Shown here one piece after another: positions 1-11,023 of a DNA stretch of 64,000 nt. The notes under the pieces were generated by a model, which was given only the letters and a program-made list of their open reading frames with translations, did not search any database and was not told the DNA's origin. The first letter of the stretch is position 1, and every line of letters starts with the position of its first letter. This DNA is from Candidatus Nomurabacteria bacterium (lineage in GTDB: Bacteria; Patescibacteriota; Minisyncoccia; Phycocordibacterales; UBA9973). A program made the translations under genes and the position numbers. The DNA is taken from assembly GCA_021413905.1 (NCBI GenBank), contig JAIOPO010000005.1, positions 2,027 through 66,026 of the forward strand. Direction: 5' to 3'.

Positions 1-140
1 CGAAAAATAAAATGCGTAATACCAGAAAATCCATTAAAAATACCAACTCTAAAATAAATTAAAAATAATAAAAATACAACACCAGTAATGATGTTTTGCA
101 TTTTTTTTCTTTTTTGTTTTTTATCTAGGAGGTAACTCAT
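1..140 (-). CDS. mreC: Rod shape-determining protein MreC, N-terminal part (runs off window start)
   Basis: Hand translation from ATG at 140: MSYLLDKKQKRKKMQNIITGVVFLLFLIYFRVGIFNGF. Basic N-terminus plus one TM helix; overlaps the 3' end of mreB. Confidence 0.7.
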   Translation of the reverse strand, partial: MSYLLDKKQKRKKMQNIITGVVFLLFLIYFRVGIFNGFSGITHFIF

Positions 141-1167
141 TTTGATTACTGATCAAAACTTCACGATAAGATTCTATATCATCTAAAATAATACCTGTGC
201 CTCGCGCCACTGCGGACAATGGATCATCTACTAAATGAACAGGTATTTTTAAAACACTTTGTAAAAGCTGATCAAGTCCAGGCAACAAAGCTCCACCACC
301 TGAAAGAGTAATACCTTGATGCATAATATCAGAAAGAATTTCTGGAGGAGTAGTTTCCAAAACATCTTTTACACCATCGACTAATTCTTTCACAGAAGCA
401 GAAATAGCTTCACGAATATCAGAATCAGTTACTACTACCTCACGAGGAAGCCCTGTCAACAAATCTCTCCCGCGAACTTCTGTCTCCATATAATCTGTCG
501 GTATTGCTGTGGCGATAGCTATTTTTACAGCTTCAGCTGTTTTTTCTCCAATTAAAATTTTAAATTCATCACGCATATATGAAATGATGTCATTGTTCAA
601 TCTGTCTCCCGCGATTTTTAAATTGCTTGATTTCACAATTCCACCCAAAGATATGACAGCGACATCAGTAGTACCTCCCCCGATATCAATAATCATAGAG
701 CCCACCGGCTCCATGATAGGTAAACGAATACCGATAGCGGCAGCCATAGGTTCTTCGACGAGATATACTTCACGCGCGCCCGCGCTACGAGCAGCATCAT
801 ATACAGCACGAGTCTCCACATTTGTGATTCCAGAAGGCACTCCGACAACCACACGCGGGCGCGCAAATTTCTTTGACATTTTATCCGCTTTATTTATGAG
901 ATATGAAAGCATTTCTTCTGTCACTTCAAAATCTGAAATAACTCCGTCTACAAGTGGACGAATAGCTTTGATATGTCCTGGAGTTCTACCCAACATTTCT
1001 TTCGCAGTGATACCGACAGCGAGAATTTGATTTGTCTTTTGATTCACAGCAACAACAGAAGGTTCATTTATTACTATTCCGTGACCCTTTAAATACACCA
1101 AGGTATTTGCTGTACCCAAGTCTATACCGATATCATTGGACATTAATTTGTAAAAATTTTTAAACAT
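121..1167 (-). CDS. mreB: Rod shape-determining protein MreB
   Basis: DIGIDLGTANT, EEPMAAAIG, DIGGGTTD and LSGGGALL actin-like ATPase motifs. Confidence 0.97.
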   Translation of the reverse strand: MFKNFYKLMSNDIGIDLGTANTLVYLKGHGIVINEPSVVAVNQKTNQILAVGITAKEMLGRTPGHIKAIRPLVDGVISDFEVTEEMLSYLINKADKMSKKFARPRVVVGVPSGITNVETRAVYDAARSAGAREVYLVEEPMAAAIGIRLPIMEPVGSMIIDIGGGTTDVAVISLGGIVKSSNLKIAGDRLNNDIISYMRDEFKILIGEKTAEAVKIAIATAIPTDYMETEVRGRDLLTGLPREVVVTDSDIREAISASVKELVDGVKDVLETTPPEILSDIMHQGITLSGGGALLPGLDQLLQSVLKIPVHLVDDPLSAVARGTGIILDDIESYREVLISNQNELPPR

Positions 1168-1170
1168 AAT

Positions 1171-2418
1171 TTAAAACAATTTTAATAATTCATCAACGCT
1201 AACGACCTGACCTTTTTCTTCATTTCTTTTTTTGACTTCCACGCCATTCTCCTTCATACTTCTTCCGGAAACAACTACACGATATGGCATACCCAATAAA
1301 TCCGCATCTGCAAATTTTTCTCCGGCAGACATTCCTGTTCTGTCATCAAATAAAACTTCAACTTTATTTTTTTGCAAAATTTCATAAACTTCATCCGCGC
1401 GTTTCTTTACTTCTTCATCTTCTCCCAACATCAAAAGATGCACCTTAAATGGAGCCACTTCTTCCGGCCAAATTATACCTTTATCATCAGATAAAACTTC
1501 AACAATAGTTCCCATGAGTCTACTAATACCAATACCATAAGCACCCATAAAAACAGGTAGAGTTTCTCCTTTTTCATTATTAAAATTTAAATTCAAAGGT
1601 TCTGAATAACGTTTACCATAAGTAAATATATTACCAACTTCAATAGCTTTATGCTCTACTAAATTTTCACGTTTTATTCCAAGAGATGCTAAAACTTCAT
1701 CGTTTAACACTTCTTTGTTTACAGCTATTCCAGTATTTTCATCTAAATAAATTAAATCTTCTCCAACAGAAGTAATTGTCTGAAATTCATGAGAATATTT
1801 TGAAAACATTCCACCTGAAGCAAAAACAACATAAGTTATATGTCCTAATCCGACTCTCTTGTAAACATTCATATAAGCAACTTTAGATTTTTCATAAAAT
1901 TCATTATGTTCTATTTCATCTTTACAAAAAGAATACATGTCTTTCATTAAAAATTCTCTACCACGCAAAATTCCAGCTTTTGCTCGAAGTTCATTTCTAA
2001 ATTTAGTTTGGAATTGATATATATAAGAAGGTAAATCACGATAAGAATTAATAAAATTTTTCATTATATTAGTAACAGGTTCTTCGTGAGTACAGCCAAG
2101 TCCAAGCTCAGTATCATTTTTTAATTTTGTTTTAAACCACACATCTACTTTTTCATCACTCCATCTGTCTGTTTTTTTCCAAAGTTCAGAATCTTGAAGA
2201 GCTGTCATTGAAATCTCTTGTCCACCAATGGCATTCATTTCTTCTCGCACAATATTTTCAATTTTTTTCAAAACACGAAGTCCAAGAGGCAAAAATGAAT
2301 AAACCCCCGCCATTTCTTTATGAATAAATCCCCCACGAGTCAAAAGCTCAGCATTTTTGGACACTTCGTCCGCCGGTACTTCTTTCCTCGTTTTTGTAAA
2401 AAGTTTAGATTGTCTCAT
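1171..2418 (-). CDS. proS: Prolyl-tRNA synthetase, short form without INS editing domain
   Basis: MRQSKLF start, THEE, KFRNELR..GILRGREFLMKDMYSF, MGAYGIGISR, C-terminal anticodon-binding domain. Confidence 0.92.
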   Translation of the reverse strand: MRQSKLFTKTRKEVPADEVSKNAELLTRGGFIHKEMAGVYSFLPLGLRVLKKIENIVREEMNAIGGQEISMTALQDSELWKKTDRWSDEKVDVWFKTKLKNDTELGLGCTHEEPVTNIMKNFINSYRDLPSYIYQFQTKFRNELRAKAGILRGREFLMKDMYSFCKDEIEHNEFYEKSKVAYMNVYKRVGLGHITYVVFASGGMFSKYSHEFQTITSVGEDLIYLDENTGIAVNKEVLNDEVLASLGIKRENLVEHKAIEVGNIFTYGKRYSEPLNLNFNNEKGETLPVFMGAYGIGISRLMGTIVEVLSDDKGIIWPEEVAPFKVHLLMLGEDEEVKKRADEVYEILQKNKVEVLFDDRTGMSAGEKFADADLLGMPYRVVVSGRSMKENGVEVKKRNEEKGQVVSVDELLKLF

Positions 2419-2525
2419 TTCTTCATCTTACTCGAAAAAAGCTTTTTTGGCAAAATTTAATCAAATTAGACATATTTCGTACTATAGAGTTGCAAAAAAA
2501 TGAACTTTCTGATAATATAAAAACT

Positions 2526-3254
2526 ATGCAAAAAGTAGAAAATCAAAAGGAAAATACAGACGTATTAGTCGAGCAAATGTTCCAGGTTGGAGCGCATTAT
2601 GGCTATTCAAAAACAAGAAGACACCCTAGTCTTTCTTCTTTTATTTATGCCACAAAAAACAAGACTGATATCATAGATCTTGAAAAAACAAGCATGATGC
2701 TAAATGAAGCTACTGAATTCGTAAAGACTTTAGGTTCAAAAAACAAGACTATTCTATTCGTAGGCACAAAGCCAGAAGCTCGCGAAATAATCAAAAATAC
2801 AGCTGAATCATTGAATATGCCTTATGTCATCGAAAGATGGATCGGGGGTACTTTTAGTAATTTCATTGAAATAAAGAAAAGAATCGTAGAACTTGAAAAT
2901 TACAGAAAAGATAATGCTACAGGAAACCTAGAAAAATATACAAAAAAAGAAAGAGTTGTTTTAGCTAAAAAAATGGAAAGACTTTCAAAATACTATTCTG
3001 GTCTTATCGATTTAAAGAAAATCCCTGATGCTGTCTTTATAATAGATGCAAAAGCAGAACACATTGCAGCCACTGAAGCTCGCAAATCAAATGTTCCTGT
3101 TATAACTCTTGTAAATTCTGATACAAATATAAAAGGTCTTGATTTCCCTATAATCGGAAACGATGCCGCTATACCTTCTATTAAATTCTTTGCTGAATCT
3201 ATAGCTAAAGCTTACAAAGCTGGTCAAATGTCAATGCCAGCCAAAGAAGTCTAA
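2526..3254 (+). CDS. rpsB: 30S ribosomal protein S2
   Basis: GAHYG, FVGTK, RWIGG, NDAAIPSI motifs. ATG at 2526 follows a TGATAATAT -10; the ORF track start at 2490 is a TTG. Confidence 0.95.
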   Translation: MQKVENQKENTDVLVEQMFQVGAHYGYSKTRRHPSLSSFIYATKNKTDIIDLEKTSMMLNEATEFVKTLGSKNKTILFVGTKPEAREIIKNTAESLNMPYVIERWIGGTFSNFIEIKKRIVELENYRKDNATGNLEKYTKKERVVLAKKMERLSKYYSGLIDLKKIPDAVFIIDAKAEHIAATEARKSNVPVITLVNSDTNIKGLDFPIIGNDAAIPSIKFFAESIAKAYKAGQMSMPAKEV

Positions 3255-3303
3255 ATTATAAATTTTTAACTCACTGAAAAATCAGTGTGGAGTAATTAAA
3301 CAT

Positions 3304-4083
3304 ATGTCAATACAAATCACAACAGAACTTATTAAAGAATTAAGAGATACTACAGGCATTTCTGTAATGCAATGTAAACGTGCTCTCGAAGAAGCAGAAG
3401 GTGATATGAAAAAAGCGCTCGCAATTCTTAAAAAAACAAGTTCTGATATTGCTCTTAAAAAAGCAGACCGCGAAGCAAAAGACGGGGCTGTGACAGTATT
3501 GACCGAAGGAAATAAAACAATTTTGCTCGCTTTGCATTGTGAAACTGATTTCGTATCAAAAAACGAAGACTTTACTTCCCTTTTAAACAATCTAGCTAAA
3601 AAAGCTCTAACTGAAGGAATTGAAAAAATGAAAGAAGGATCAAAAGACATGATAGATCCTATAATTCAAAAAACTGGTGAAAATATCCAACTTGGAGATG
3701 CATATGAAGTAAATGGTGATATTGTTGGAAATTACGTTCACAATGGCAAAATGGCCGTCGTGGTATCTCTTGTGGGAGGTAATACAGAAATTGCAAGAGA
3801 TGTTGCAATGCATGTGGCAGCCATGAGACCTGAATACATCACAACTTCTGAAATAGATGAAGAAGCAAAGAAAACAATGACTGAAATATTTGAAAAAGAA
3901 GTAGCGGGTTCTGATAAACCAGAAGAAATAAAAAAGAAAATGCTCGAAGGAAAAATAAATACTTATTTCAAAGAAAAAACATTGGTTGAACAACCTTTTA
4001 TTAAAAATCCGGAAGAAACAATCGGACAACTCTTGCAAAAGAACAAAGCTGAAATCAAAGAAGTAAAACGCTATTCAATCTAA
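3304..4083 (+). CDS. tsf: Elongation factor Ts
   Basis: IKELRDTTG..CKRAL, CETDFV, AMHVAAMRP; follows rpsB. Confidence 0.96.
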   Translation: MSIQITTELIKELRDTTGISVMQCKRALEEAEGDMKKALAILKKTSSDIALKKADREAKDGAVTVLTEGNKTILLALHCETDFVSKNEDFTSLLNNLAKKALTEGIEKMKEGSKDMIDPIIQKTGENIQLGDAYEVNGDIVGNYVHNGKMAVVVSLVGGNTEIARDVAMHVAAMRPEYITTSEIDEEAKKTMTEIFEKEVAGSDKPEEIKKKMLEGKINTYFKEKTLVEQPFIKNPEETIGQLLQKNKAEIKEVKRYSI

Positions 4084-4089
4084 GAATAT

Positions 4090-4500
4090 ATGCAATTACC
4101 TCTAATTTTATTTTTTGGATCACTTATAGGAATCATCGTGATGATTGCCAGAAAATTATTATATTTGCAAACAAAAGAAATGCAAATGACAGAGGAATTT
4201 TTATTGGAAATTCCAAATTTAGAAGAGGTTAAAATAAACACCTTAAAAAATATAAAAAAATACGGTTTTGTGACTTTAGTCATTTCTCTGCGTTTATATG
4301 TATTGTCTATTGATTTTATAAAAGAAAAAACAAAACAAGGTTCAAATAAAATCAAAAATTATTTCCATAAACATTTTCCTAAAAAAGAAAAAGTCACCGG
4401 TTCAAAAGAAGCTTCAGGTTTCTTGAAAACTATCTCCGAATACAAAAAAAAGATAGACAAAATCAAACATCGCATCAAACAAGAAGAAGGGATAAATTAA
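4090..4500 (+). CDS. Hypothetical membrane-anchored protein
   Basis: 136-aa ORF immediately after tsf, N-terminal TM helix, Lys-rich. Confidence 0.7.
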   Translation: MQLPLILFFGSLIGIIVMIARKLLYLQTKEMQMTEEFLLEIPNLEEVKINTLKNIKKYGFVTLVISLRLYVLSIDFIKEKTKQGSNKIKNYFHKHFPKKEKVTGSKEASGFLKTISEYKKKIDKIKHRIKQEEGIN

Positions 4501-4538
4501 TTTGATTTTTATATTTCTTTTTGGTAATATACATATAC

Positions 4539-4614
4539 GCCGCTTTAGCTCAGTTGGTAGAGCAACGCTTTTGTAAAGCGAAGGTCCTCGGTTCGAGTCC
4601 GAGAAGCGGCTCCA
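4539..4614 (+). tRNA. tRNA-Thr(TGT)
   Basis: Acceptor GCCGCTT/AAGCGGC, D arm GCTCAGTTGGTAGAGC, anticodon loop TTTGTAA, TTCGAGT T-loop, encoded CCA. Confidence 0.96.
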
Positions 4615-4667
4615 AAGTTTTCAAAATAGGTTCTGTTCAAAGCATAACTAAAACGAAGGACTAGACA

Positions 4668-4690
4668 CGAGTCCGAGAAGCGGCTCCAAA
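4668..4690 (+). repeat. 23-bp direct repeat of the tRNA-Thr 3' end
   Basis: CGAGTCCGAGAAGCGGCTCCAAA is identical to 4594..4616. Confidence 0.9.
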
Positions 4691-4719
4691 ATAAAATCCC
4701 TTAACCTAGGGATTTTATT
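4690..4719. terminator. Bidirectional intrinsic terminator
   Basis: AATAAAATCCCT-taacct-AGGGATTTTATT between the convergent tRNA and CDS. Confidence 0.75.
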
Positions 4720-4729
4720 GTTTTAATTA

Positions 4730-5437
4730 TTATTTTTTAAACTCTTTAGAATCAGAAGTGTCTTTGTCTTTCGGTAAAAGTTTTATTATATCTGGATAAA
4801 GTTTTTCCACATCTTCAATACTCTTAAAACCTGTAACTTTTTTTTCATTTACAACCAAGGCTGGCAATTTTGTATCTTCTATTTTGTAAATTTTTATAAG
4901 CGCGCGCAAAGCTGAAAGATCTAAATTATAATCAAAAGAGTACACTCTCAACTCAGGATATTTTTCACGAAGTTCTGTCAGAACAAAACCTTGTTTGGTG
5001 CATTCAGTACAGTTTTCAGCTGTCGTATAAAAATACAAAATCGGCACAAATTTATTACCACAACGAGCATTTATTTTTTTAGTTAATAAATAATCTTTAA
5101 TTTCCAAAATAGTATAGTATCTTTTCAGTTCTGTAGCTGTGGCATTATCTTTAAAATTATTTTCACTATACTCTATCTTTTGAGCCATATCAGAAAGTTC
5201 CGCAGAAAGATTTTCTCCTCCGTCATTTTGTTCACAAGAAAGTTCTGACAATAAAGCAAATTGGGTTTCTGAAGACAAAATATCTGTCTCAAGTTTATCT
5301 TGAACTTGTCTCATTGATTGTATTTTTTGATTTGTAAAAAAATTACTCAAACCTCCAGCTAATGCAAAAAGACCGCAAGTCAAGAAAAAAACTATTATAT
5401 ATTTTAACCAATCATTTTTTTTATATTCTGTTTCCAT
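4730..5437 (-). CDS. Membrane-anchored protein with C-terminal thioredoxin-like CxxC domain
   Basis: N-terminal TM, coiled coil, ILYFY..CTEC, cis-Pro-like LPALVVN. Confidence 0.65.
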   Translation of the reverse strand: METEYKKNDWLKYIIVFFLTCGLFALAGGLSNFFTNQKIQSMRQVQDKLETDILSSETQFALLSELSCEQNDGGENLSAELSDMAQKIEYSENNFKDNATATELKRYYTILEIKDYLLTKKINARCGNKFVPILYFYTTAENCTECTKQGFVLTELREKYPELRVYSFDYNLDLSALRALIKIYKIEDTKLPALVVNEKKVTGFKSIEDVEKLYPDIIKLLPKDKDTSDSKEFKK

Positions 5438-5442
5438 ATTTT

Positions 5443-6723
5443 TTAAATATTATTATCACCTATTAAATAATCTCTCTCTTTAGACCAACTAGCCTCTTTA
5501 GAAAATACAGCGTTCCAAACAGCTTTCATGAGCCACACAGGGGCTAAAAAGGTATATATAATGAGAAATAAAGGAATATCCCAAAAAGGAATACGTCCTC
5601 TATCTTTTATCATATTTCTGCCATTAAACAAAGAAACTATAACTAAAATATACAATATAATCGATATAAAAACAAAGGTTTTTGTACTAATGAAAAATAA
5701 ATTAAAAGAAGAGAGGTCTGTACTAATAAAATGAAAACCGACAGCCTGACTTTGCAAAATTTTATTTACAATAAATTCATAAAACTGAGAAAAAGTAAAA
5801 AACAAAAGAAAAATTGTTCCAATTACAGAAATAAAACCTGAAGGTAAAGTAAAGACTCCGATCGTACCATATTTTGGTTTAAAAAATAATTCCCTATAAT
5901 CGAGAGCGTTTTTTATAAAACCATAAATCCAACGAACACGTTGACGATATAATTTCGGTACACTATTTGGACTATTTGTATAAACATAAGCATCAGGACA
6001 ATGATCTATCTTTAAACCATGTTTTTGCATACGCAAAGCTATTTCTTGATCTTCTGTTTGATGCGCTTTTGTGTAAAAACCCAATTGATCAAAAACGGTT
6101 TTTCTAAAAATAGAAAAAGGTCCCGGAGTGACATGAATACCACCCAAAAAGGCAAGCATTTTCTTGTTATAATGTGCCATATCATATTCCGCACGCTGAG
6201 CATATTGAAGCAAATTTTTTGGATTAAGTACTACAATAGAAGGAGCGACAGCCATAGTCTTTGGATTTGAAAAATAAGTTATAATTCTTTTCAGAGCTTC
6301 AGGGTGAACGGTCGAATCCGCATCTAAACAACCAACAAATTCTGTTCTTATATTTTCCAAACCTTTATTAAGAGCATGATGCTTGCCTTGTTTACTCTCT
6401 TTAAAAAGACGAATTTGAGGATACGATGAATATTTTTGTAAAACTTCCCAAGTCTTATCTTTGGAAGCATTATCTATGACAATAATATCGAGTTTTTCTT
6501 TTGGATAATCTAAAAACAATAAAGATTCAACAGTTCTACTCACTGTATTTTCTTCATTATAACAAGGGACCAGAACAGTAACAGATGGGTAATTTTCAAG
6601 TTCTATTTTGTCTTTTCTGATTAAAATTTTTTTTCTATTTTCAAAAAAAGTCACAAGAAAAAAAACTTGCACATAAACGGCAAGGAAAGTAAGTATATAA
6701 AATATAACGTTTAAAAAAGTCAT
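5443..6723 (-). CDS. GT2 processive glycosyltransferase (cellulose synthase/PgaC-like)
   Basis: VPCYNEE, LDAD, TED, QRVRW motifs and multiple TMs. Confidence 0.9.
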   Translation of the reverse strand: MTFLNVIFYILTFLAVYVQVFFLVTFFENRKKILIRKDKIELENYPSVTVLVPCYNEENTVSRTVESLLFLDYPKEKLDIIVIDNASKDKTWEVLQKYSSYPQIRLFKESKQGKHHALNKGLENIRTEFVGCLDADSTVHPEALKRIITYFSNPKTMAVAPSIVVLNPKNLLQYAQRAEYDMAHYNKKMLAFLGGIHVTPGPFSIFRKTVFDQLGFYTKAHQTEDQEIALRMQKHGLKIDHCPDAYVYTNSPNSVPKLYRQRVRWIYGFIKNALDYRELFFKPKYGTIGVFTLPSGFISVIGTIFLLFFTFSQFYEFIVNKILQSQAVGFHFISTDLSSFNLFFISTKTFVFISIILYILVIVSLFNGRNMIKDRGRIPFWDIPLFLIIYTFLAPVWLMKAVWNAVFSKEASWSKERDYLIGDNNI

Positions 6724-6770
6724 TTATTTAAAATTACCTTTATATTATAACAGATTTTTAGTTAAAATGC

Positions 6771-6805
6771 AAAACAGCCCCGCGCCTTTGGCGCGGGGCT
6801 GTTTT
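6771..6805 (-). terminator. Intrinsic terminator
   Basis: AAAACAGCCCCGCGCC-ttt-GGCGCGGGGCTGTTTT, perfect 16-bp hairpin. Confidence 0.85.
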
Positions 6806-6811
6806 TAAAAA

Positions 6812-7111
6812 TTACATTTTTCCTTCCATACTTGCAGGAGCATCTGTTCCACATGAAGAACAAGTTCCACCCATACATTTCTTGCACTTGCAACCAAAAA
6901 TACTCATAACAGCAGCAAGACCAACTAAAACATATACTAATGCCTCAAGCTTAGAAACAGAACCCAAAAGCATGTAAACAAGATTCCATTCCTTACCCAT
7001 AAACATACCTACCCCAACCAAACCCCAGTTTAAACCACCAACAATTACTAAAATTTTAGCAATTAAGGCTGGAACACAAGAACCACACTTACCACATTTT
7101 GAATTACACAT
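6812..7111 (-). CDS. DUF378-like small membrane protein with Cys-rich termini
   Basis: LVIVGGLNWGLVG...VYVLVGLAAV is the DUF378 pattern; Cys clusters at both ends. Confidence 0.8.
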   Translation of the reverse strand: MCNSKCGKCGSCVPALIAKILVIVGGLNWGLVGVGMFMGKEWNLVYMLLGSVSKLEALVYVLVGLAAVMSIFGCKCKKCMGGTCSSCGTDAPASMEGKM

Positions 7112-7217
7112 ATTTTTTTATTTTGTTAAAAATTAAATTAATAATATTAATAAAGACCTTATGCATAAAGTATACCATATACATAAAAAATGATACAATA
7201 GACTTATTAACAATAAA

Positions 7218-7904
7218 GTGAATAACATGGAAAATAAACAAAAAATAAATACAATATTATCAGTATTTTTACTAATAGCTTTGATATTAATAGGTATATT
7301 TCTTTTAAAAGGAAAAACACCTATACCTAAAAATATAGTTAAGAACATCAAAAAAGAATTATTACCTGTATCAGATCAAGATTTTTCAACGGGAAACAAA
7401 GATGCTTTATTAACAATAGTAATGTATGAAGATTTTCAATGTCCTTTTTGTGGAAAATTTGATAAAGAAACAGAACAACCTATTAGAAATACTTATGTAA
7501 AAGATGGAAAAATCCAATTAGTATATAGAGATTTTGTTTTTTTAGGAGATGAATCAATAAAATCCGCGCAAGCAGCTAGATGCGCCGGAGAACAAGAAAA
7601 ATTTTGGGAATACCATGATTTCCTTTTTACTCATCAAAATGGAGAAAATAAAGGAGCTTTCGCTGATTCAAATTTAAAATCTTTTGCAAAAGAAATAGGT
7701 TTAAATGAAAAAAAATTCAATGATTGTCTTGATTCCGGAAAATACACTAAAGCTATATTAGACTCCACTGAAGAAGGTCATAATGCTGGAGTAAAAGGAA
7801 CACCAAAAGGTTTCATTTTAAAAAATGGAATTATTGTAGATACTATAAATGGAGCAGAAAACACAACAACAGTTTTTTCTAAAATTGAAAAAGCTTTAAA
7901 ATAA
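7218..7904 (+). CDS. DsbA/BdbD-family thiol-disulfide oxidoreductase
   Basis: N-terminal TM, DFQCPFC, GVKGTP; likely start ATG at 7227. Confidence 0.9.
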   Translation: MNNMENKQKINTILSVFLLIALILIGIFLLKGKTPIPKNIVKNIKKELLPVSDQDFSTGNKDALLTIVMYEDFQCPFCGKFDKETEQPIRNTYVKDGKIQLVYRDFVFLGDESIKSAQAARCAGEQEKFWEYHDFLFTHQNGENKGAFADSNLKSFAKEIGLNEKKFNDCLDSGKYTKAILDSTEEGHNAGVKGTPKGFILKNGIIVDTINGAENTTTVFSKIEKALK

Positions 7905-7910
7905 TAAATA

Positions 7911-7947
7911 AATTAAAAACTCCACTAAAAAAGTGGAGTTTTTAATT
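7911..7947. terminator. Bidirectional terminator between dsbA and rpoD
   Basis: AATTAAAAACTCCACT / AGTGGAGTTTTTAATT inverted repeat. Confidence 0.8.
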
Positions 7948-9236
7948 TAGTCAAAATAATTTCTTAATCTTGCTATTTTTTCATGTTGACGAAGCTTGTC
8001 ATGAACCTTGGCTTCAATTTGACGAATACGTTCGCGAGTAACGCCGAATTCTTCACCTACTCTCTCAAGAGTGTGTTGAATGCCGTCTGTCAGACCATAA
8101 CGCATTTCAAGAATCTTTTTCTCTTTTGGATTTAGTTCGTCGAGAACTTCACGAATTTGATCGGAAAGAATACGCTGTGAAGATTCTTGATCTGGACGTA
8201 AAATTTTATCATCAGGAATAAAATTTTCCAAAGTTGATTTATCATCATCATCTCCTACTGGCTGTTCAAGAGAAATAGTTTCTTGAGAAATATTTTCAAT
8301 CACATGGATTTTTTCAACCGGTATACCCATCTCTGTGGCTATCTCTTCAGCCAACGGCTCACGCCCTAAATCTTGTGAAAGCCTGCGGTGTGTTTGTTTA
8401 TATTTTGAAATTGTTTCCACCATATGCACAGGAATACGAATAGTGCGACTTTGGTCTGCTAATGCACGAGTGATGGATTGACGAATCCACCAAGTGGCAT
8501 AAGTAGAGAATTTATAGCCTTTTGTCCAATCAAATTTCTCAACTGCTTTGAAAAGTCCCAAATTCCCCTCTTGAATCAAATCAAGCAATGTCAGGTCTGC
8601 ACTTCTACCTACGTATTTTTTCGCAATAGAAACGACCAGACGCAAGTTTGCACGAGCAAGCAAATTCTTTGCTTCTTCATCTCCTTTTTCAATTCTTCGT
8701 GCTAAATCTTTTTCTTCACTTGCATGTATCAAAGCATATTGACCTATTTCTTTTAAATACATTTGAATAGAATCATGTAATGTTGATTTATTTATATCTC
8801 CAGTTAAATCAGCATCTAAATTCAAAAGGTTTCCGCCTTCTAATACATCAATACCAGCAACAGAAAATTGTTCATATAATTCATCTAAGAAAAGAATATT
8901 GTTTTCAATATCAGGAAATGTTTTTAGAATCTCATCGTAAGTAATAAAACCTCTTTTTCTTCCTTTTTCTATCAATTCTTTTGAAAGTCTTTCAAATTCT
9001 TGTGCTTTTTTCTGAGCCGCAGTTAATTTCACCACTGCTTCTTTTTTAATTTTTTCTTTTTTTACAACAACTTTTTTAACTTTCTTCACAGCATTAGGAG
9101 CTTTTTTTACAATTTTCTTTACTGTTTTTTTTACGATATTTTTTAAAACTTTTTTATTTGTTTTTTTTACAACTTTCGAAACCTTTTTCACTATTTTCTT
9201 TACTGTCTTTATTTTTTTAGTTTTATTTTTTTTCAT
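7947..9236 (-). CDS. rpoD: Primary sigma factor RpoD with Lys-rich N-terminal extension
   Basis: Region 1.1 (GFITYDEI), [44 protein letters not shown]. Confidence 0.96.
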   Translation of the reverse strand: MKKNKTKKIKTVKKIVKKVSKVVKKTNKKVLKNIVKKTVKKIVKKAPNAVKKVKKVVVKKEKIKKEAVVKLTAAQKKAQEFERLSKELIEKGRKRGFITYDEILKTFPDIENNILFLDELYEQFSVAGIDVLEGGNLLNLDADLTGDINKSTLHDSIQMYLKEIGQYALIHASEEKDLARRIEKGDEEAKNLLARANLRLVVSIAKKYVGRSADLTLLDLIQEGNLGLFKAVEKFDWTKGYKFSTYATWWIRQSITRALADQSRTIRIPVHMVETISKYKQTHRRLSQDLGREPLAEEIATEMGIPVEKIHVIENISQETISLEQPVGDDDDKSTLENFIPDDKILRPDQESSQRILSDQIREVLDELNPKEKKILEMRYGLTDGIQHTLERVGEEFGVTRERIRQIEAKVHDKLRQHEKIARLRNYFD

Positions 9237-9250
9237 ATTTTTAATATTTG

Positions 9251-11017
9251 TTATTTATTTAAACGACCATTTTTAATTTCTTGTATTTTTTTATTAATTT
9301 CACTTATTTCCTTTAAAATTTGATTCGACTTTTCTCTATCTTTATTATTTTCATACAAATTCAATTCTTGCATTTTTTTAAATAATTCTTCTTTTAAGAA
9401 TTCTTCTTTTAAATTAAATAATAATTCTTGAATATCTTGTTCTAAATTGACATTTTCATCATAAAAAACTTCTGCTTCATATATCAAACCTTCTTTATCG
9501 TTTTTATTTTTTTCAATAATTTCTTCTTTTGAAATTTTCAAAATATCAGTCAAATCTTGCAAAATTTTATTAGTTTCTATTTTTGGATTTGGAACTTTTT
9601 GTTGCCAAAATATAACACCCATCAGTCTACGTTCAATATAATCTTTTCTAAAAACTTTATTTTTTACATTTATGACATTACTTATTTCAACTTTTTCAAA
9701 ATTCATTTCTTTTTCTACTTTTTTCAAATCATCTTGCAATGCTTTTTCTGGTATCTGGGTTTTATCACTGATTTTTTTTATAAAATGCATTTTTTCTATT
9801 GAGCTGTCCAAAGCATTTATAAAAGGCAATATATTTTCTTGTATTTCTCTACCGACTTTTCTCATATCATCAATATTTTTTTTCAAAGCTTTATCTAACA
9901 AAAATTCAATTAAATGTTTTGAATTTCTAATTGCACTTTTCCAAGCTTCAACACCTTGCTTAGAGATTAAATCAGCCGGATCAAAACCTTCAGGAATCAT
10001 AGCTACTTTTACATCCATCCCTAAAGATAGGGCTATTCTACCTGCACGAAAAGAAGCTTTTTCCCCTGCCTTATCTGAATCAAAAGCCAAAACAATATTA
10101 TCAGAAAGACGCAAAACTAAACCAAGATTAGAAATTACATTTTCTTTTGAAATGGTAGAATCTGACAAAGCTGTACCTGAAGATGCAATTGTATTTTTAA
10201 AACCTGCTTGATGAGACAAAACTAAATCCATTTGACCTTCAACTAAAATTGAAAAATTATTTTTTCGAATTGAATCTTTTGCTTTGTCTATACCAAAAAA
10301 TACTGAAGATTTGTTGAAAATAGGTGTCTCCGGAGAATTTAAATATTTTGCTTGTGTTATTTGACCTGAGTCTGCCGAAAGATCATCAAAGATTCTACCT
10401 GAAAAAGCAATTACCCGACCACTAGAATCAGCAATGGGAAATATAATTCTACCACGAAAACGATCGTAGAAACCTTTTTCTGATGATTTAATCAAACCAG
10501 CGAGCTCTATATCTTTATCATTAAAATTTTTATTTTTTAAATAATTATAAAGTTCACGCCAATCATTTTTCGCAAAACCAATTCTGAAATCTTTTATACT
10601 TTCATTCTGCAATCCTCTATTTTTCAAATAACTTAAAACTTGCTGATTTTCTGTTAAATTCTTAGAAAAATATTTAGTCGCTTCTTCCATGACTCTATAT
10701 AATCTTTCTTTTTCACTTTCAACTTCTTTATTGTAACCTTCAAGAGGTACACCTGCGCGCTCGGCTAAAAGTTTCAATGCTCCTTTAAAATCAAGACCTT
10801 CGAATTCTTCTACAAAAGTAAAAATATCACCTTTAGCGGAACAACCAAAACAATAATAACTCTCCCTGTCAGGGGAAACATAAAAAGATGGCGTCTTTTC
10901 ATTATGAAAAGGACAGCGAGCTTTAAAATTTGCCCCCGACTTTTCCAACTTTATATAAGAAGAGACTACTTCTTCAATTGAAAGCCTCTCCTTGATTTTT
11001 TGAACTGGAGAGTTCAT
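9251..11017 (-). CDS. dnaG: DNA primase
   Basis: [11 protein letters not shown] zinc finger, [27 protein letters not shown] motifs. Confidence 0.96.
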   Translation of the reverse strand: MNSPVQKIKERLSIEEVVSSYIKLEKSGANFKARCPFHNEKTPSFYVSPDRESYYCFGCSAKGDIFTFVEEFEGLDFKGALKLLAERAGVPLEGYNKEVESEKERLYRVMEEATKYFSKNLTENQQVLSYLKNRGLQNESIKDFRIGFAKNDWRELYNYLKNKNFNDKDIELAGLIKSSEKGFYDRFRGRIIFPIADSSGRVIAFSGRIFDDLSADSGQITQAKYLNSPETPIFNKSSVFFGIDKAKDSIRKNNFSILVEGQMDLVLSHQAGFKNTIASSGTALSDSTISKENVISNLGLVLRLSDNIVLAFDSDKAGEKASFRAGRIALSLGMDVKVAMIPEGFDPADLISKQGVEAWKSAIRNSKHLIEFLLDKALKKNIDDMRKVGREIQENILPFINALDSSIEKMHFIKKISDKTQIPEKALQDDLKKVEKEMNFEKVEISNVINVKNKVFRKDYIERRLMGVIFWQQKVPNPKIETNKILQDLTDILKISKEEIIEKNKNDKEGLIYEAEVFYDENVNLEQDIQELLFNLKEEFLKEELFKKMQELNLYENNKDREKSNQILKEISEINKKIQEIKNGRLNK

Positions 11018-11023
11018 ATTTTT

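Noticed and set aside
9040-9236. Low-complexity T-rich tract as a tandem DNA repeat
   Set aside because: It is explained by the Lys-rich coding sequence of the RpoD N-terminus and has no exact repeat unit.
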